A DNA stretch of 64,000 nucleotides from Dehalococcoidia bacterium. GTDB lineage: Bacteria > Chloroflexota > Dehalococcoidia > Lucifugimonadales > UBA3495. Location: the NCBI GenBank assembly GCA_965207275.1, contig CBDBMH010000002.1:2971651-3035650 (forward strand). The letters run 5' to 3'. Positions 36,684-45,737 of this stretch are shown piece after piece. A program made the translations under genes and the position numbers. The notes under the pieces were generated by a model. The model did not search any database. It saw only the letters and a program-made list of their open reading frames with translations, and had not been told where the DNA came from. Each line of letters begins with the position of its first letter. The first letter of the stretch is position 1.

Positions 36684-37388
36684 CTAATCCTGGAGCATCC
36701 AGCTCCGGATGGTCATGCGGGCCACGGGATTGTGCCAGTCGTGGGTGGACGGGGTCAGGCCAGAGCCTTCGCCGCCGTGGATGCCGTTATGCACGTACAC
36801 ATAACCTTCGGCGGCAGCGTCATCCCTGACGTGATTGCCACAGGGCGGACCGGGGATATAAGCGCAATTCTCGCTGTTAAACTCGCTGCCCGCATCGTAG
36901 GCAGTCAGGTTCAGGGCGCCGGACTCAGTGAGGTCGATGCCGTTGGCGCCGATGAAAGCGTCGTTGGTAGTGACCAGCATGCTGATGAAGGACAGCCGGG
37001 TATTGTCGTCATCGAATTCGAAGTGGGTCGAGACGGTTTCGCCCGGTGGAATGGGGCCGTCATTCAGCGCCAGCACTGTGGCTTCGCCGATGTAACTGTT
37101 GGATTCAGGGTCCCACTGGGCCAGCAGGTCGGAAGCGTCGGCGTCTTCAGCCATTTTCGCCACGGCTTCACTGGCCGGCTGCCCCAAGGTGTAGAGGGGG
37201 TCCATGTGGCCGTTGTGCCTGGCGATGAAGACAGGTGACAAAACCTGGCCAGGAGTCAAGTTGGTCAGGGACACCTCTACGTAAAGCTGATCGTTGTCAT
37301 CGGCAGCGCTGATAATATTTGCCGTCAGCAGGCCCACCAGAGAGGCCACGACTGCCAGCGACATGACTATGGAAATCCGTTTCTTCAT
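36684..37388 (-). CDS. secreted Spondin_N domain protein
   Basis: Signal peptide MKKRISIVMSLAVVASLVGL. VSLTNLTPGQVLSPVFIARH...LGQPASE...MLVTTNDAF...YDAGSEFNSENCAYIPGPPCG...GYVYVHNGIHG matches my recollection of bacterial spondin-domain proteins. Confidence 0.6.
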   Translation of the reverse strand: MKKRISIVMSLAVVASLVGLLTANIISAADDNDQLYVEVSLTNLTPGQVLSPVFIARHNGHMDPLYTLGQPASEAVAKMAEDADASDLLAQWDPESNSYIGEATVLALNDGPIPPGETVSTHFEFDDDNTRLSFISMLVTTNDAFIGANGIDLTESGALNLTAYDAGSEFNSENCAYIPGPPCGNHVRDDAAAEGYVYVHNGIHGGEGSGLTPSTHDWHNPVARMTIRSWMLQD

Positions 37389-37828
37389 TGTTGATTCTCC
37401 TGAAATATTCTGGAAGGGATCCCACCTTTATCCCGAAGAAAGGGAATAGAGGGAAACCGTGGGCTTGCCTTCGGTGTGGCTTACTTCTGCATTGGGCACC
37501 TCCTGTTGGCAGAGTGATATTAGGAATAACTATATTTCTTATTACTATTATAGTCTCTCTTTAATCCGTAGGCGCTTAAATTCCAGGGCGCCGAGGCGAA
37601 TTTCACGAAAAATTCACCATGATCCTGTTCAGGCCAAGGCGGGGGTCAAGCAGTGCGCCAAAACAGGCGCGGCCCGCTCCTTTTATTGCGATAAACATCA
37701 GCTCAAGCGCCTGATGTCGTTCTTTTGACATCAATATGCCGGCGGTCATACCATTAACCAGCACTCGTTAAAGCTGTTACGGCAGGATTACGACTATGCA
37801 AGACCTGCATTCAGGAGGATGACTACCA

Positions 37829-39688
37829 ATGCTGCATTCATGGCTCAACCTGCGCTGCCTGTTAACTCTGGTCGCTACGCTTACCCTGGCGTTGGTAGTT
37901 GGCTGCGGTTCTACGGCCAGCCCGACCCAGGCTCCGGCGCCTGCCGCGGCGTCACAAGCCCAGGCCCAGCCGGCGGCCCCGGCCCAACCGGAGGCCCAGC
38001 CCACCGCGGCGGCGGAGGCCATGGGCATCGCGCCCACCCAGGCGCCATCAGTGGCCCAATCATCCCAGGCAGCGGCTCAACCCGCCGCCCCGTCGCCCAC
38101 GGCGACGCCGGTTCCGGCCGCCATGCCGGAGGCGTCGGCCAGCGGCAAGGACTCCATAGTCGTGGTGATCCCGACGGAGCCCGACGCCCTGTCACCCTGG
38201 AGCACGGGAAGCGCTGAGACCAGTTCCATAGTCTCCTACAACTGGGGAGAACCGCTGGTGTGGCTGAACACCACGACCCTGGAACTGGGCCCCACCACAT
38301 CCACCACGGGCTGGGAGCAGGTGGCGCCGGACCGGTGGCGGTTTTCCCTGCGGGAGGGCGTGAAGTTTGTCAACGGGGAGCCGTGGAACGCCCACACCGC
38401 GGCCTGGAACATCAACCACAACGGCGACCCGCAGACCGGGCTGGGCTTCGGGGTGCACGGCCCCATGACCGGCACGGTGGTGGACGACATTTCCCTGGAC
38501 ATAACCTGCGGCCACGCCAATTACAACGAAGGCGCGACGCAGAGCTGCCCCATTCTACCGGGCGACATTACCGGCGTGGCGTTCCAAGCCCCGGAATGGT
38601 GGCAGTCCACCGAGGAGGACGTTCGGGACAGAACGACGGTGGGGTTTGGCGCTTACCGTTTTGAAGGGTATGTGCCGGGCGTGTCCGTGGAGTCGGTGGC
38701 TTACGAAGACTACATGCCCTCGGGTCGGGACGATTTGCCCAGGGCGTCCATTCCCAACGTCCAATACGTGTGGCGAATAGAGACCACCGTGCGGTCGGCG
38801 ATGATCCAGGCCGGAGAGGCGGACCATACCTACCTGCTGAACGTAGAGGACATTCCCAACGTGCCCAAGTCCATATCCATGCCACAATGGGAGGTGGAAG
38901 GCTTCTACATAGATACGCTGTGGCACCCGATGCTGAAGCAAACCATATTCCGGCAGGCGCTGGTACACGCCATCAACTGCCAGGAGATCGTAGAGGAAAT
39001 ATTCAACTCCGCCACCACCTGCACACCGTTGCCCGGGGTAATCGGTATGCCGGGCATTACCGAGCATAACGGCAGCTACTGGGAGTTTGACCCGGACAAG
39101 TCGGCGCAGCTTCTGGAGCAGGCCGGTTATGATGGCGAGGAGATCAGGATCATTGGCCGGGAAGGGCGGGTGCCGAAGCAACCGGAGGTCTACGAGGCCA
39201 TGGCCGGCTACTGGGAGGCGGTGGGCATCAAGGGCAAGGTGGAAGTAACCGAGCGCAGCCTGTGGCGCAGCATCCGCAACTGCGGCGTGGGCAACGCCGT
39301 TTCGGAGGCCGGTGAAATTACCGCGCAGAACCTGGCCGAGCCGCCCACCAACTGCGAAGGTTCAGCCGGATCGGGGCACCTGATCGAGTTCACGCCGGAA
39401 TGGCCCAGCCTGGACTTCGGTCGTCCTGCGGGACGGCTGCTGAACTGTTACTACTTCCAGTCACGGGTGTGCGATGCCGACATGCAGGCGCTGCTGGAGC
39501 AGGCGAGGGCCGCCACCCTGGAGGAGGGCAGGGCGGATCTGCTGGAGCAACTGGCCGACCGGATGAAGGAGGACGTGCTGTTCATCGGAGTGTTCCAGGC
39601 CTTCGAGATTCACGGGCTGGCGGAGGATCTGGAGTTCAAGCCGCGGCCGGACCAGCGGCTCCGGGTGGCGGAAATGTGGTGGAAGTAG
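37829..39688 (+). CDS. ABC transporter substrate-binding lipoprotein, family 5 (peptide/opine/nickel type)
   Basis: Lipobox LALVVG-C and a Pro/Ala-rich linker. The family-5 core is (W)RFSLREGVKFVNGEPWNA. It is a paralog of 52011..53942. Confidence 0.85.
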   Translation: MLHSWLNLRCLLTLVATLTLALVVGCGSTASPTQAPAPAAASQAQAQPAAPAQPEAQPTAAAEAMGIAPTQAPSVAQSSQAAAQPAAPSPTATPVPAAMPEASASGKDSIVVVIPTEPDALSPWSTGSAETSSIVSYNWGEPLVWLNTTTLELGPTTSTTGWEQVAPDRWRFSLREGVKFVNGEPWNAHTAAWNINHNGDPQTGLGFGVHGPMTGTVVDDISLDITCGHANYNEGATQSCPILPGDITGVAFQAPEWWQSTEEDVRDRTTVGFGAYRFEGYVPGVSVESVAYEDYMPSGRDDLPRASIPNVQYVWRIETTVRSAMIQAGEADHTYLLNVEDIPNVPKSISMPQWEVEGFYIDTLWHPMLKQTIFRQALVHAINCQEIVEEIFNSATTCTPLPGVIGMPGITEHNGSYWEFDPDKSAQLLEQAGYDGEEIRIIGREGRVPKQPEVYEAMAGYWEAVGIKGKVEVTERSLWRSIRNCGVGNAVSEAGEITAQNLAEPPTNCEGSAGSGHLIEFTPEWPSLDFGRPAGRLLNCYYFQSRVCDADMQALLEQARAATLEEGRADLLEQLADRMKEDVLFIGVFQAFEIHGLAEDLEFKPRPDQRLRVAEMWWK

Positions 39689-39768
39689 CAGCCGACCTCG
39701 GCAGTGGCGGCAGGCCACGTCAGCATGGAGCCGGTCCTGCCATTGGGGCAGGGGCCTGGAAACAGTTC

Positions 39769-39794
39769 GAGGGCCTCGCAGTTGCGAGGCCCTC
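39769..39794. terminator. strong hairpin downstream of the SBP gene (possible bidirectional terminator)
   Basis: GAGGGCCTCGC-agtt-GCGAGGCCCTC, an 11-bp perfect stem with a poor U-tract. Confidence 0.45.
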
Positions 39795-40099
39795 ACGTTT
39801 ATGGCAAGGGTCAACCGTTACGGGCGGTCCTGCTGACGGTAAAGGGGCGGTACTTGCGACTCTCCATGCGAGGGATCGGAAGGGACGAGGGAGTCGAAGG
39901 GAATGGCCACGTTGGGAGCGCCAGCCGACGCTCGTACCGGTGCGAGTGGGCGTGGTTCCCCGGAACAAGGGCCGACAGCCGGACGTCCTTTCCTGAAGCC
40001 AGTATCTCGGATACCGGCCTTTGCTGACAGGTTGATATCCCAGCCGCCAAATCCATAAGGCAAGCGGGGCTTGGAGGCAACGCGATGGCGGCGGGTCCG

Positions 40100-40603
40100 C
40101 TAGCCCTGGCGGGCGGCCCGCACCGATGCCAGAATGCGCCCGTAGGCGTTGCAGCGGCAGAGGTTGCCGGAAAGGGCCTGCCGGATCTCGTCATCGGTGG
40201 GGTTGGGGTTGTCGTTCAGTAGGGCGCGGGTGGACATGACGAAGCCGGGGGTGCAGAAGCCGCACTGCCCGCCGTCCTCTTCCAGAAAGGCCCTCTGTAC
40301 CGGGTCCATACCCTCGGGATCGGGGGCGCCGTTGCCCAGGCCCTCAATGGTGATGACCGGGCGTCCGCCCACCTGGACGGCCAGGAGCTGGCAGGCATAC
40401 ACAGGCTTGTCAGCCAGCAGGACGGTGCAGGACCCACATTCACCGCGGTCGCACCCCTTCTTGGAACCGATCAGATCCAGTTGTTCCCGAATCACATCCA
40501 GCAGCGTCCAGTGGTGGCGCACCTGGAGGGAGTGGGCCTGGCCATTGACGTTAAGGGTGATGTCGGCGGTGTGGTACTCCCCGGCTGTGGTCATAGGGGG
40601 CAA
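40100..40603 (-). CDS. (2Fe-2S)-binding small subunit of the xanthine dehydrogenase/CO dehydrogenase family (CoxS/IorA-like), orphan
   Basis: CDRGECGSCTV (plant-type cluster) and GFCTPGF...CRCNAY (second cluster). Confidence 0.87.
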   Translation of the reverse strand: MPPMTTAGEYHTADITLNVNGQAHSLQVRHHWTLLDVIREQLDLIGSKKGCDRGECGSCTVLLADKPVYACQLLAVQVGGRPVITIEGLGNGAPDPEGMDPVQRAFLEEDGGQCGFCTPGFVMSTRALLNDNPNPTDDEIRQALSGNLCRCNAYGRILASVRAARQG

Positions 40604-40760
40604 CTCCTGGCGGGATGGTTGTTGGTTATCCTACATTAAGGGTTCGGCTATCTGCAAGGGAGGAATAAGGAATAGAGTGACAGCTGCACCTTGCCCTTGC
40701 GGCTCCGCCAACTGGCCGCAACTGTTAAATGTTGTGAGCGCGCTCTTGTTGCCACTCTGG

Positions 40761-40798
40761 CCCCGGTAGGGGCGGTTCGCGAACCGCCCCTACCGGGG
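40761..40798. repeat. perfect 38-nt palindrome CCCCGGTAGGGGCGGTTCG|CGAACCGCCCCTACCGGGG
   Basis: The arms were checked base by base. Related GTAGGGGCG...CGCCCCTAC hairpins lie at 58788..58813 and 60188..60215. Confidence 0.85.
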
Positions 40799-40946
40799 GA
40801 ATGCGGGACTCGGTAGCGCCCAGATTCGGGGCTGCCGCTCCGCCGCGGCGGACGGGAACGACGGGTTGTTCCATAACCTGAAGGGCGGTGACCCCGTATG
40901 TGCCAGCCTGCTCGCATCGAGACAAGGGGAGCTAACGGGGAGTTCT

Positions 40947-41930
40947 TTATGCGTCGTCCAGGGTTTCCCTGAGGGCCGCTTCCAGTTCCGTAAGGGTGAC
41001 GAAACCCTCAAAGCGATGGTCCACCAGGCCCTCTTCGTCCAGGATGTAGACCCAGGACTCGTTGAACCAGTGGGGGACGGAAGAGAAGCCCCATTCCTCC
41101 ACGGCGGGCGCCAGGCTGGCCCGGGACAGGTCGCCCTGGATTTCGTCAGGGAAGTCGTAGATTTCGACGTGGACGAAATCGGCGCGGTCAGCATAGTCGG
41201 CCTTGAGTTCCTTGACGGTGTCCACCTGGGGGCCGCAGGTGGCGCTGGTGCAGAAGGCGGGGGAGGCGAAGACCACCACGGCGGGACGGGGGATCTCAAT
41301 GGCCTGAGCCACGGTCAACTGGTACAGGTCCTCGTCGGCGCTGTAGTCGGTAGTAAGCTGCTCCACCCCGGCCACGTCGGCCAGGGTCTTGGTACGGCTC
41401 AAGGGCGGGCGTTGGCCGATAGCGGGCACCGGGGACTGCTCCACCACTTCCAGGTCAATGACGGTCTCGCCGGAAACCTCTCCGTCATCCACTGATATAT
41501 TCAACTGCCAGGGGCCGGGCCGGTCGAAGGTCATGCGGGCGCTGTATGCGCCGCGTATGCCGAAGGGCCAGCCGTGGTAGATGGCGGTGGCCTCCTGGGG
41601 CACGGCTTCGCCCTGGCCCAGGAAGGTGGCGGTAACGGCGGCTTCCGGAGCCTTGATGATGGCCTTCCTGCCCACGAGGAGGAAGGAAACGCGCTGCTGG
41701 CCGGGGTTCAGTACGGTGGTCGCCAGGATGGGGTTTATGTCGCCCTGACCAGCCATCGGGTTGGCCGAGGGTCCGGCGGCGGTGGGAGCGGCGGTGGCAA
41801 CCTCTTGGGCGGCCGCAGTTACCGTCGCCGCATCGGGTTCCGGCGAGGGCGCGGGTTGCGGAGCGGCGGTCGCGCAGGCCGGGGCGGCTATGGAGAAGAG
41901 GGCCAACAGGGTAAGCAACGGCCAAGCCAT
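40947..41930 (-). CDS. lipoprotein with C-terminal thioredoxin-fold (TlpA/SCO-like, C-x4-C) domain
   Basis: The start is taken at ATG 41930 (MAWPLLTLLALFSIAAPAC lipobox) within ORF 40947..42116. The C-terminal motif is VVFASPAFCTSATCGP. Confidence 0.65.
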   Translation of the reverse strand: MAWPLLTLLALFSIAAPACATAAPQPAPSPEPDAATVTAAAQEVATAAPTAAGPSANPMAGQGDINPILATTVLNPGQQRVSFLLVGRKAIIKAPEAAVTATFLGQGEAVPQEATAIYHGWPFGIRGAYSARMTFDRPGPWQLNISVDDGEVSGETVIDLEVVEQSPVPAIGQRPPLSRTKTLADVAGVEQLTTDYSADEDLYQLTVAQAIEIPRPAVVVFASPAFCTSATCGPQVDTVKELKADYADRADFVHVEIYDFPDEIQGDLSRASLAPAVEEWGFSSVPHWFNESWVYILDEEGLVDHRFEGFVTLTELEAALRETLDDA

Positions 41931-42116
41931 TTTGTTGGGCAAAGGTAGGTTGGGCCATCTTGAAAGCCTGGTCTGAGCTACCCCAGGTTCGGGGTTCGCG
42001 CTTTCGTGGGAACTACGGGTTTGGGACGGATGTGGGTCGGGTGCGAGGTTCCCGATCCGCCACGGCGGCCGGGGACGACGGTCTGATGCCAGCCTGCTGA
42101 TTGACGACCACCCCAT

Positions 42117-43583
42117 CTACGGACCATCCTCGTAGACGCCGAAGGTGAAGGCGAACAGGCCGAAGTTGTTGGAGTTGGAACTCATACGCAGCACCTGGCC
42201 CTGGGTATAGCCGGGGCTGTCGATTATTTCGTAGAGGCGGGGCTGCTCCACCAGCAGGTAGGTCTCGCCGTCGTCGCCAAACCGGATATCGGCGCCGGCA
42301 TTCTCCTCGGTCAGGTAGTCGCCGTCCAGGGTTATGCGCACCCGATAGGGTTCACCGGAGTTGGAGGTGAGCACGGCGTTGACGCTCTTGGCCGAGTACT
42401 TCAGGGCCAGGTAGTCTTCGTGGTTGTTGGTCAGGCGACCGTGGCGGACGTGCTCGGGTCCCACCTCCCAGGGGCCGTGGAAGAAAATGCGGTGGGGTTC
42501 CAGTTCGTGGGGGACAGCCAGAACACCGACCGAGTCCACGGCGTGGTAGTACTCCTCCTGCACCACGTAGGGACGGTAGCCGGCCATAATGTAATTCACG
42601 TTGCGATGGTAGCCGGCGTACAGTTCGGGCGTAACCTCTCCGCCCAGGGTCCCCAGGTAGATGGGGTCCAGCTTCTGGTCTTCGGGCAGTTCGGCGTCGT
42701 CGGACAGGTCGGCTCCGGCCTCCCAAAGGAGTTGCCGAATTTCGTGCTCGGTCTCGGCGTACTTGCCCTCGCCGAAGTGGGTATAGCGGATAACGCCGTC
42801 CTGGTCGATCAAATACTTGGCGGGCCAATAGCGGTTGTTGTAGGCATCCCAGGTCTCAAAGTCGTTGTCCTGGGCTACGGGCCAGGCGATGCCGTTCTCC
42901 CGGGTGGCCTCCAGAACGTTGGTGTAGTCCTTTTCGAACTCGAACTCGGGAGTGTGGATGCCCAGGATAACCAGGCCGTCGTCGGCGTAGCGGGAATGCC
43001 ACAGCTTGAGATAGGGGAAAGTGCGAATGCAGTTGACGCAGGTGTAGGTCCAGAAGTCAACCAGCACCACCTTGCCCCGCAGTTGCTCCAGGGTCAGGGG
43101 GTCGGTGTTAATCCAGGTCTGAATGCCGACGGGTTCCGCGGCCAGCGGTCCCTCGGCCCGTTCCCGTTCCACGGCCGCGGTGGGTTCGGGTTCCGCGGTT
43201 TCCGCCACCGGGTTGGCCTCAACCACGGCTGCCAGTTCCTGGACGGTGGTGGTGGCTGTGGGTTCGGGTCCGACATCGGCATCGGCGGTGGGGGCGGCTT
43301 CGGCTTCGGGCGGCGCCGGGTTATCGATGGCGCTGCCGTCCGGCTCCGGCGCCTGGGCGGTGGAAGAAGTTTGCGAGGCGGGTTCGGCCGGGGCGGCCAC
43401 CGTGGGTTGGGCGAGGTTGACCGAGGGCGCGGAAGTGGGACTGACGACGGGGATGGACGTCTCCGCTTCCTCGGGCGCGCTGGGGCCACAGGCCAGGGCC
43501 AGGACCAGCAGTACGGCGGCAAGGACGGACCAGAGGAGGGGCCAATCCACGGCGGAGGGTGCTATACGATTGAATGACGTCAC
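42117..43583 (-). CDS. DipZ-C-terminal-like thioredoxin/redoxin lipoprotein
   Basis: Lipobox LALAC-G and an acidic Pro/Ala linker. GKVVLVDFWTYTCVNCIRTFPYL (CxxC redoxin), followed by a ~200-aa beta-rich module as in DipZ C-terminal regions. Confidence 0.72.
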   Translation of the reverse strand: MTSFNRIAPSAVDWPLLWSVLAAVLLVLALACGPSAPEEAETSIPVVSPTSAPSVNLAQPTVAAPAEPASQTSSTAQAPEPDGSAIDNPAPPEAEAAPTADADVGPEPTATTTVQELAAVVEANPVAETAEPEPTAAVERERAEGPLAAEPVGIQTWINTDPLTLEQLRGKVVLVDFWTYTCVNCIRTFPYLKLWHSRYADDGLVILGIHTPEFEFEKDYTNVLEATRENGIAWPVAQDNDFETWDAYNNRYWPAKYLIDQDGVIRYTHFGEGKYAETEHEIRQLLWEAGADLSDDAELPEDQKLDPIYLGTLGGEVTPELYAGYHRNVNYIMAGYRPYVVQEEYYHAVDSVGVLAVPHELEPHRIFFHGPWEVGPEHVRHGRLTNNHEDYLALKYSAKSVNAVLTSNSGEPYRVRITLDGDYLTEENAGADIRFGDDGETYLLVEQPRLYEIIDSPGYTQGQVLRMSSNSNNFGLFAFTFGVYEDGP

Positions 43584-43744
43584 TACCTACTCCTTTTGGA
43601 GTCTTGCGTTGCGGTATCTCCGTTGACGTTAAATACGAACCGACGCCGGTTCCGGATGTTGCCCCGCCAATGCGCCAGTGTGCGGCGCCCAAGTAAATGA
43701 TACCAGAGTCGGGATGGCGGAACTGCCGGGGCAGGGCGCGCGCA

Positions 43745-43970
43745 GGGCAATGGCACCTCAACGACCTGTTACTCCCAGTCCGCCGCGGCGGGCCGAAGAG
43801 TCAAGAAGCCAACCTACAAAAGTGCTTTGGGACCATTAGCCGGGCTGGTGGGTAGGATTTTAGGCCCTTCGGCAAGCTCAGGGCGACATGACTTCTCGTC
43901 AGGGAATCTGCCTATGTTTAAGATGCGGTTGCCTTGGAGAGAGGTCCCTTCGACAGGCTCAGGGTGAGCG
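43745..43970. repeat. dispersed-repeat composite: degenerate B(rc), A-core(rc), middle segment, A-core(fwd), B-box, plus an extra A-variant
   Basis: A(rc) at 43773..43812 with a CCGCCGCGGCGG insert. A(fwd) TTTAGGCCCTTCGGCAAGCTCAGGGCGACATG at 43858..43890. B-box TTTAAGATGCGGTTGCC at 43918..43934. A variant at 43945..43970. Confidence 0.7.
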
Positions 43971-44047
43971 GAGGGGCAGGCCCGATAACGCGCCATTGCT
44001 CTCTTACAGTTCGCCCATGCTCTATCTAGAAAGGGACTCGAAATCAG

Positions 44048-44229
44048 CATTTTTTTGAAATCCGTGCCATTTTGGGCCGTTTTGGGCCCTTTCGTATCTG
44101 AAATCGGGCCTGGGCAGCGGTCCAACCGTCCCAGTTCCGGGCCGGCGCCCCGGCAATTTCCTATCTGTTGTCCGCTTAAGAGTGGCCCACATTCCCGATT
44201 TTCCGGGCCGTTTTGGGCCGTTTTGGGCC
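44048..44229. repeat. ~180-nt element bounded by CATTTTGGGCCGTTTTGGGCC direct repeats (copy 2 of 2)
   Basis: Direct repeats at 44068..44088 and 44205..44229. The 5' part aligns with 27613..27675. Confidence 0.65.
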
Positions 44230-44309
44230 GCTGGGGGGGCCTTGCGCCCGGGGCCCTACCGCCAGAAGGAGAGGGGAGAGTTAGGCATCCGGAACGTTCC
44301 TTAACGAAC

Positions 44310-44573
44310 TGTCACCCTGCGCCCTTCGGACCGGCTCAGCCTAAACTCCGCCGAAGAGTCTGGAATCCATCCTACAAGCGTGTTTGCGTTCCTGAAACCG
44401 GGCTGAGGGCCAGGATTTTAGGCCCCCGCCAAGGGCGGACGTTCCGCTTCGGCAAGCTCAGGGCGACATGACTGCTGTTCCAAGTATCAGCCTCCATTTA
44501 AGACGCGATTGCCCCGGAGAGGGGCCCCTCCGACCCGCCACAGGCGGACGTTCCGCAGGCTCAGGATGAGCGG
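44310..44573. repeat. dispersed-repeat composite: A(rc), CCTACAAGCGTG middle segment, A(fwd) with hairpin insert, B-box, A-variant
   Basis: GTCACCCTG...CCGAAGAGTCTGGAATCC at 44311..44370. A(fwd) at 44412..44470. B-box TTTAAGACGCGATTGCCCC at 44498..44515. A variant at 44525..44573. Confidence 0.7.
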
Positions 44574-44605
44574 TTGCTGTTGCACAGGCCTGCCGGTTAC
44601 GTGCC

Positions 44606-45001
44606 TCAGGTGGTGGCGAACCGGCGGGCCCAGAGGAGGCCCAGGTCGGGCCTGGGTTCCGGGGCGGGCAGGTCCCGCGCCAGCAGGCGGTCGTACTTGC
44701 TCTCCCAGGCCCAGGGCAGCAGGTTGGTCACCATGTTACGGGGGTCGGGGATGTCCCCCGCCTCCCTGACCCTTTCCAGGTACTTGATCAGTTGCATCCA
44801 GGTGGTGAGCCGGAATCCCTGGTCGGCGATCCTGCGGATGATTTGCTGGGGCCTGGGGGGTTCCTGCCGGTCGGCCACGGCGCGGGCGTAGTCGTGGTGG
44901 ACCGCTTCGGTGATGCGGCGCATGCGGTAGATGGACAGTTCCCGGTGGTATTTGCGCTGGAGGGCGCGGATTTCTCTCCTGATTTGGCTGAGGGTTAGCA
45001 T
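44606..45001 (-). CDS. hypothetical Arg-rich 131-aa protein embedded in the repeat field
   Basis: ATG at 45001 follows a strong AAGGAG (rc of 45008..45013). The ORF track extends it to 45130 through a repeat copy. I recognise no family. Confidence 0.5.
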   Translation of the reverse strand: MLTLSQIRREIRALQRKYHRELSIYRMRRITEAVHHDYARAVADRQEPPRPQQIIRRIADQGFRLTTWMQLIKYLERVREAGDIPDPRNMVTNLLPWAWESKYDRLLARDLPAPEPRPDLGLLWARRFATT

Positions 45002-45039
45002 GGTTGGCTCCTTTAGTTGTTTCTCCAGGAAGGGGCACG

Positions 45040-45085
45040 TCCTTCGACCCGCCTGAGGCGGATTCCGCAAGCTCAGGACGAGCGG
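45040..45085 (+). repeat. dispersed-repeat A-core variant with CCGCCTGAGGCGG hairpin insert
   Basis: GTCCTTCGACCCGCCTGAGGCGGATTCCGCAAGCTCAGGACGAGCGG. Confidence 0.6.
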
Positions 45086-45258
45086 GGGAGGATGGCGGGC
45101 TTCTTTGAATAGTGTCCCATTTTGATTCATTTGGGCCCATTTTCACCGTGGCCCCCAAGGCAATAGCACTTTACTTTGAAGTCATGCTGAGCTAAGTCGA
45201 AGCATCTGAATCTGTACCCGCCAGCCAGGCATTGAGACCCAATCCACGACTCCGAGCC

Positions 45259-45350
45259 AGGAGTTTAGACCCTTCGGCAAGCTCAGGGTGACTTGACCCT
45301 TTGCTGCAGGTCCTGGGGCAATTTGAAGAAGGCTTATATTACGATTGCCC
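45259..45350 (+). repeat. dispersed repeat, composite A-core + B-box copy
   Basis: AGGAGTTTAGACCCTTCGGCAAGCTCAGGGTGAC...TTACGATTGCCC. Confidence 0.7.
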
Positions 45351-45577
45351 TGCAGGGGCCGCCCCTACGGTGGGGAAAATTATGACCTACTTTGCTTCTT
45401 TTCAGGGTTTGTATTCTTATGGTGGTGGGGTGTTATGCGGGTTGGCAAGGGGGTAATGTCAGGGGAACATGGGCTTTACGAGTTGGAGTTCTGGGTCTCC
45501 TGGGCAGGCACAGTTGGCCGCATAGTCTGAACTCGGTCGCCAGAGTCGACTTTCGGAGCCTCGACCGGGCTTCAGGG

Positions 45578-45737
45578 AAGGACTTGAGGCCCCCGCCAAG
45601 GGCGGACATTCTGCTTCGGCCCGCCAAAGGCGGACGTTCCGCTGGCTCAGGGAGACATGACCGCCGCCGCAGACCCCTGGCGGGGGCGACATGACCGCTG
45701 TTGAGATTATCAGACTCCATTCAAGACGCGATAATCC
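45578..45737 (+). repeat. dispersed repeat, composite copy with two nested hairpin inserts
   Basis: AAGGACTTGAGGCCC[CCGCCAAGGGCGG]ACATTCTGCTTCGG[CCCGCCAAAGGCGG]ACGTTCCGCTGGCTCAGGGAGACATGAC...CCATTCAAGACGCGATAATCC. Confidence 0.7.

Noticed and set aside
43814-44125. Minus-strand ORFs 43814..44125 and 27431..27832 share the peptide text ...PKTAQNG... and looked like a small paralogous protein family.
   Set aside because: The shared text comes entirely from the GGGCCGTTTTGGGCC DNA repeat. Similarity stops at the repeat borders, and there is no start context.
44606-45001. The repeat-flanked 131-aa ORF as a REP-associated tyrosine transposase (RAYT).
   Set aside because: No HUH motif (only VHHD) and no convincing catalytic Tyr context; the ORF is much shorter than typical RAYTs. 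It is kept as hypothetical.
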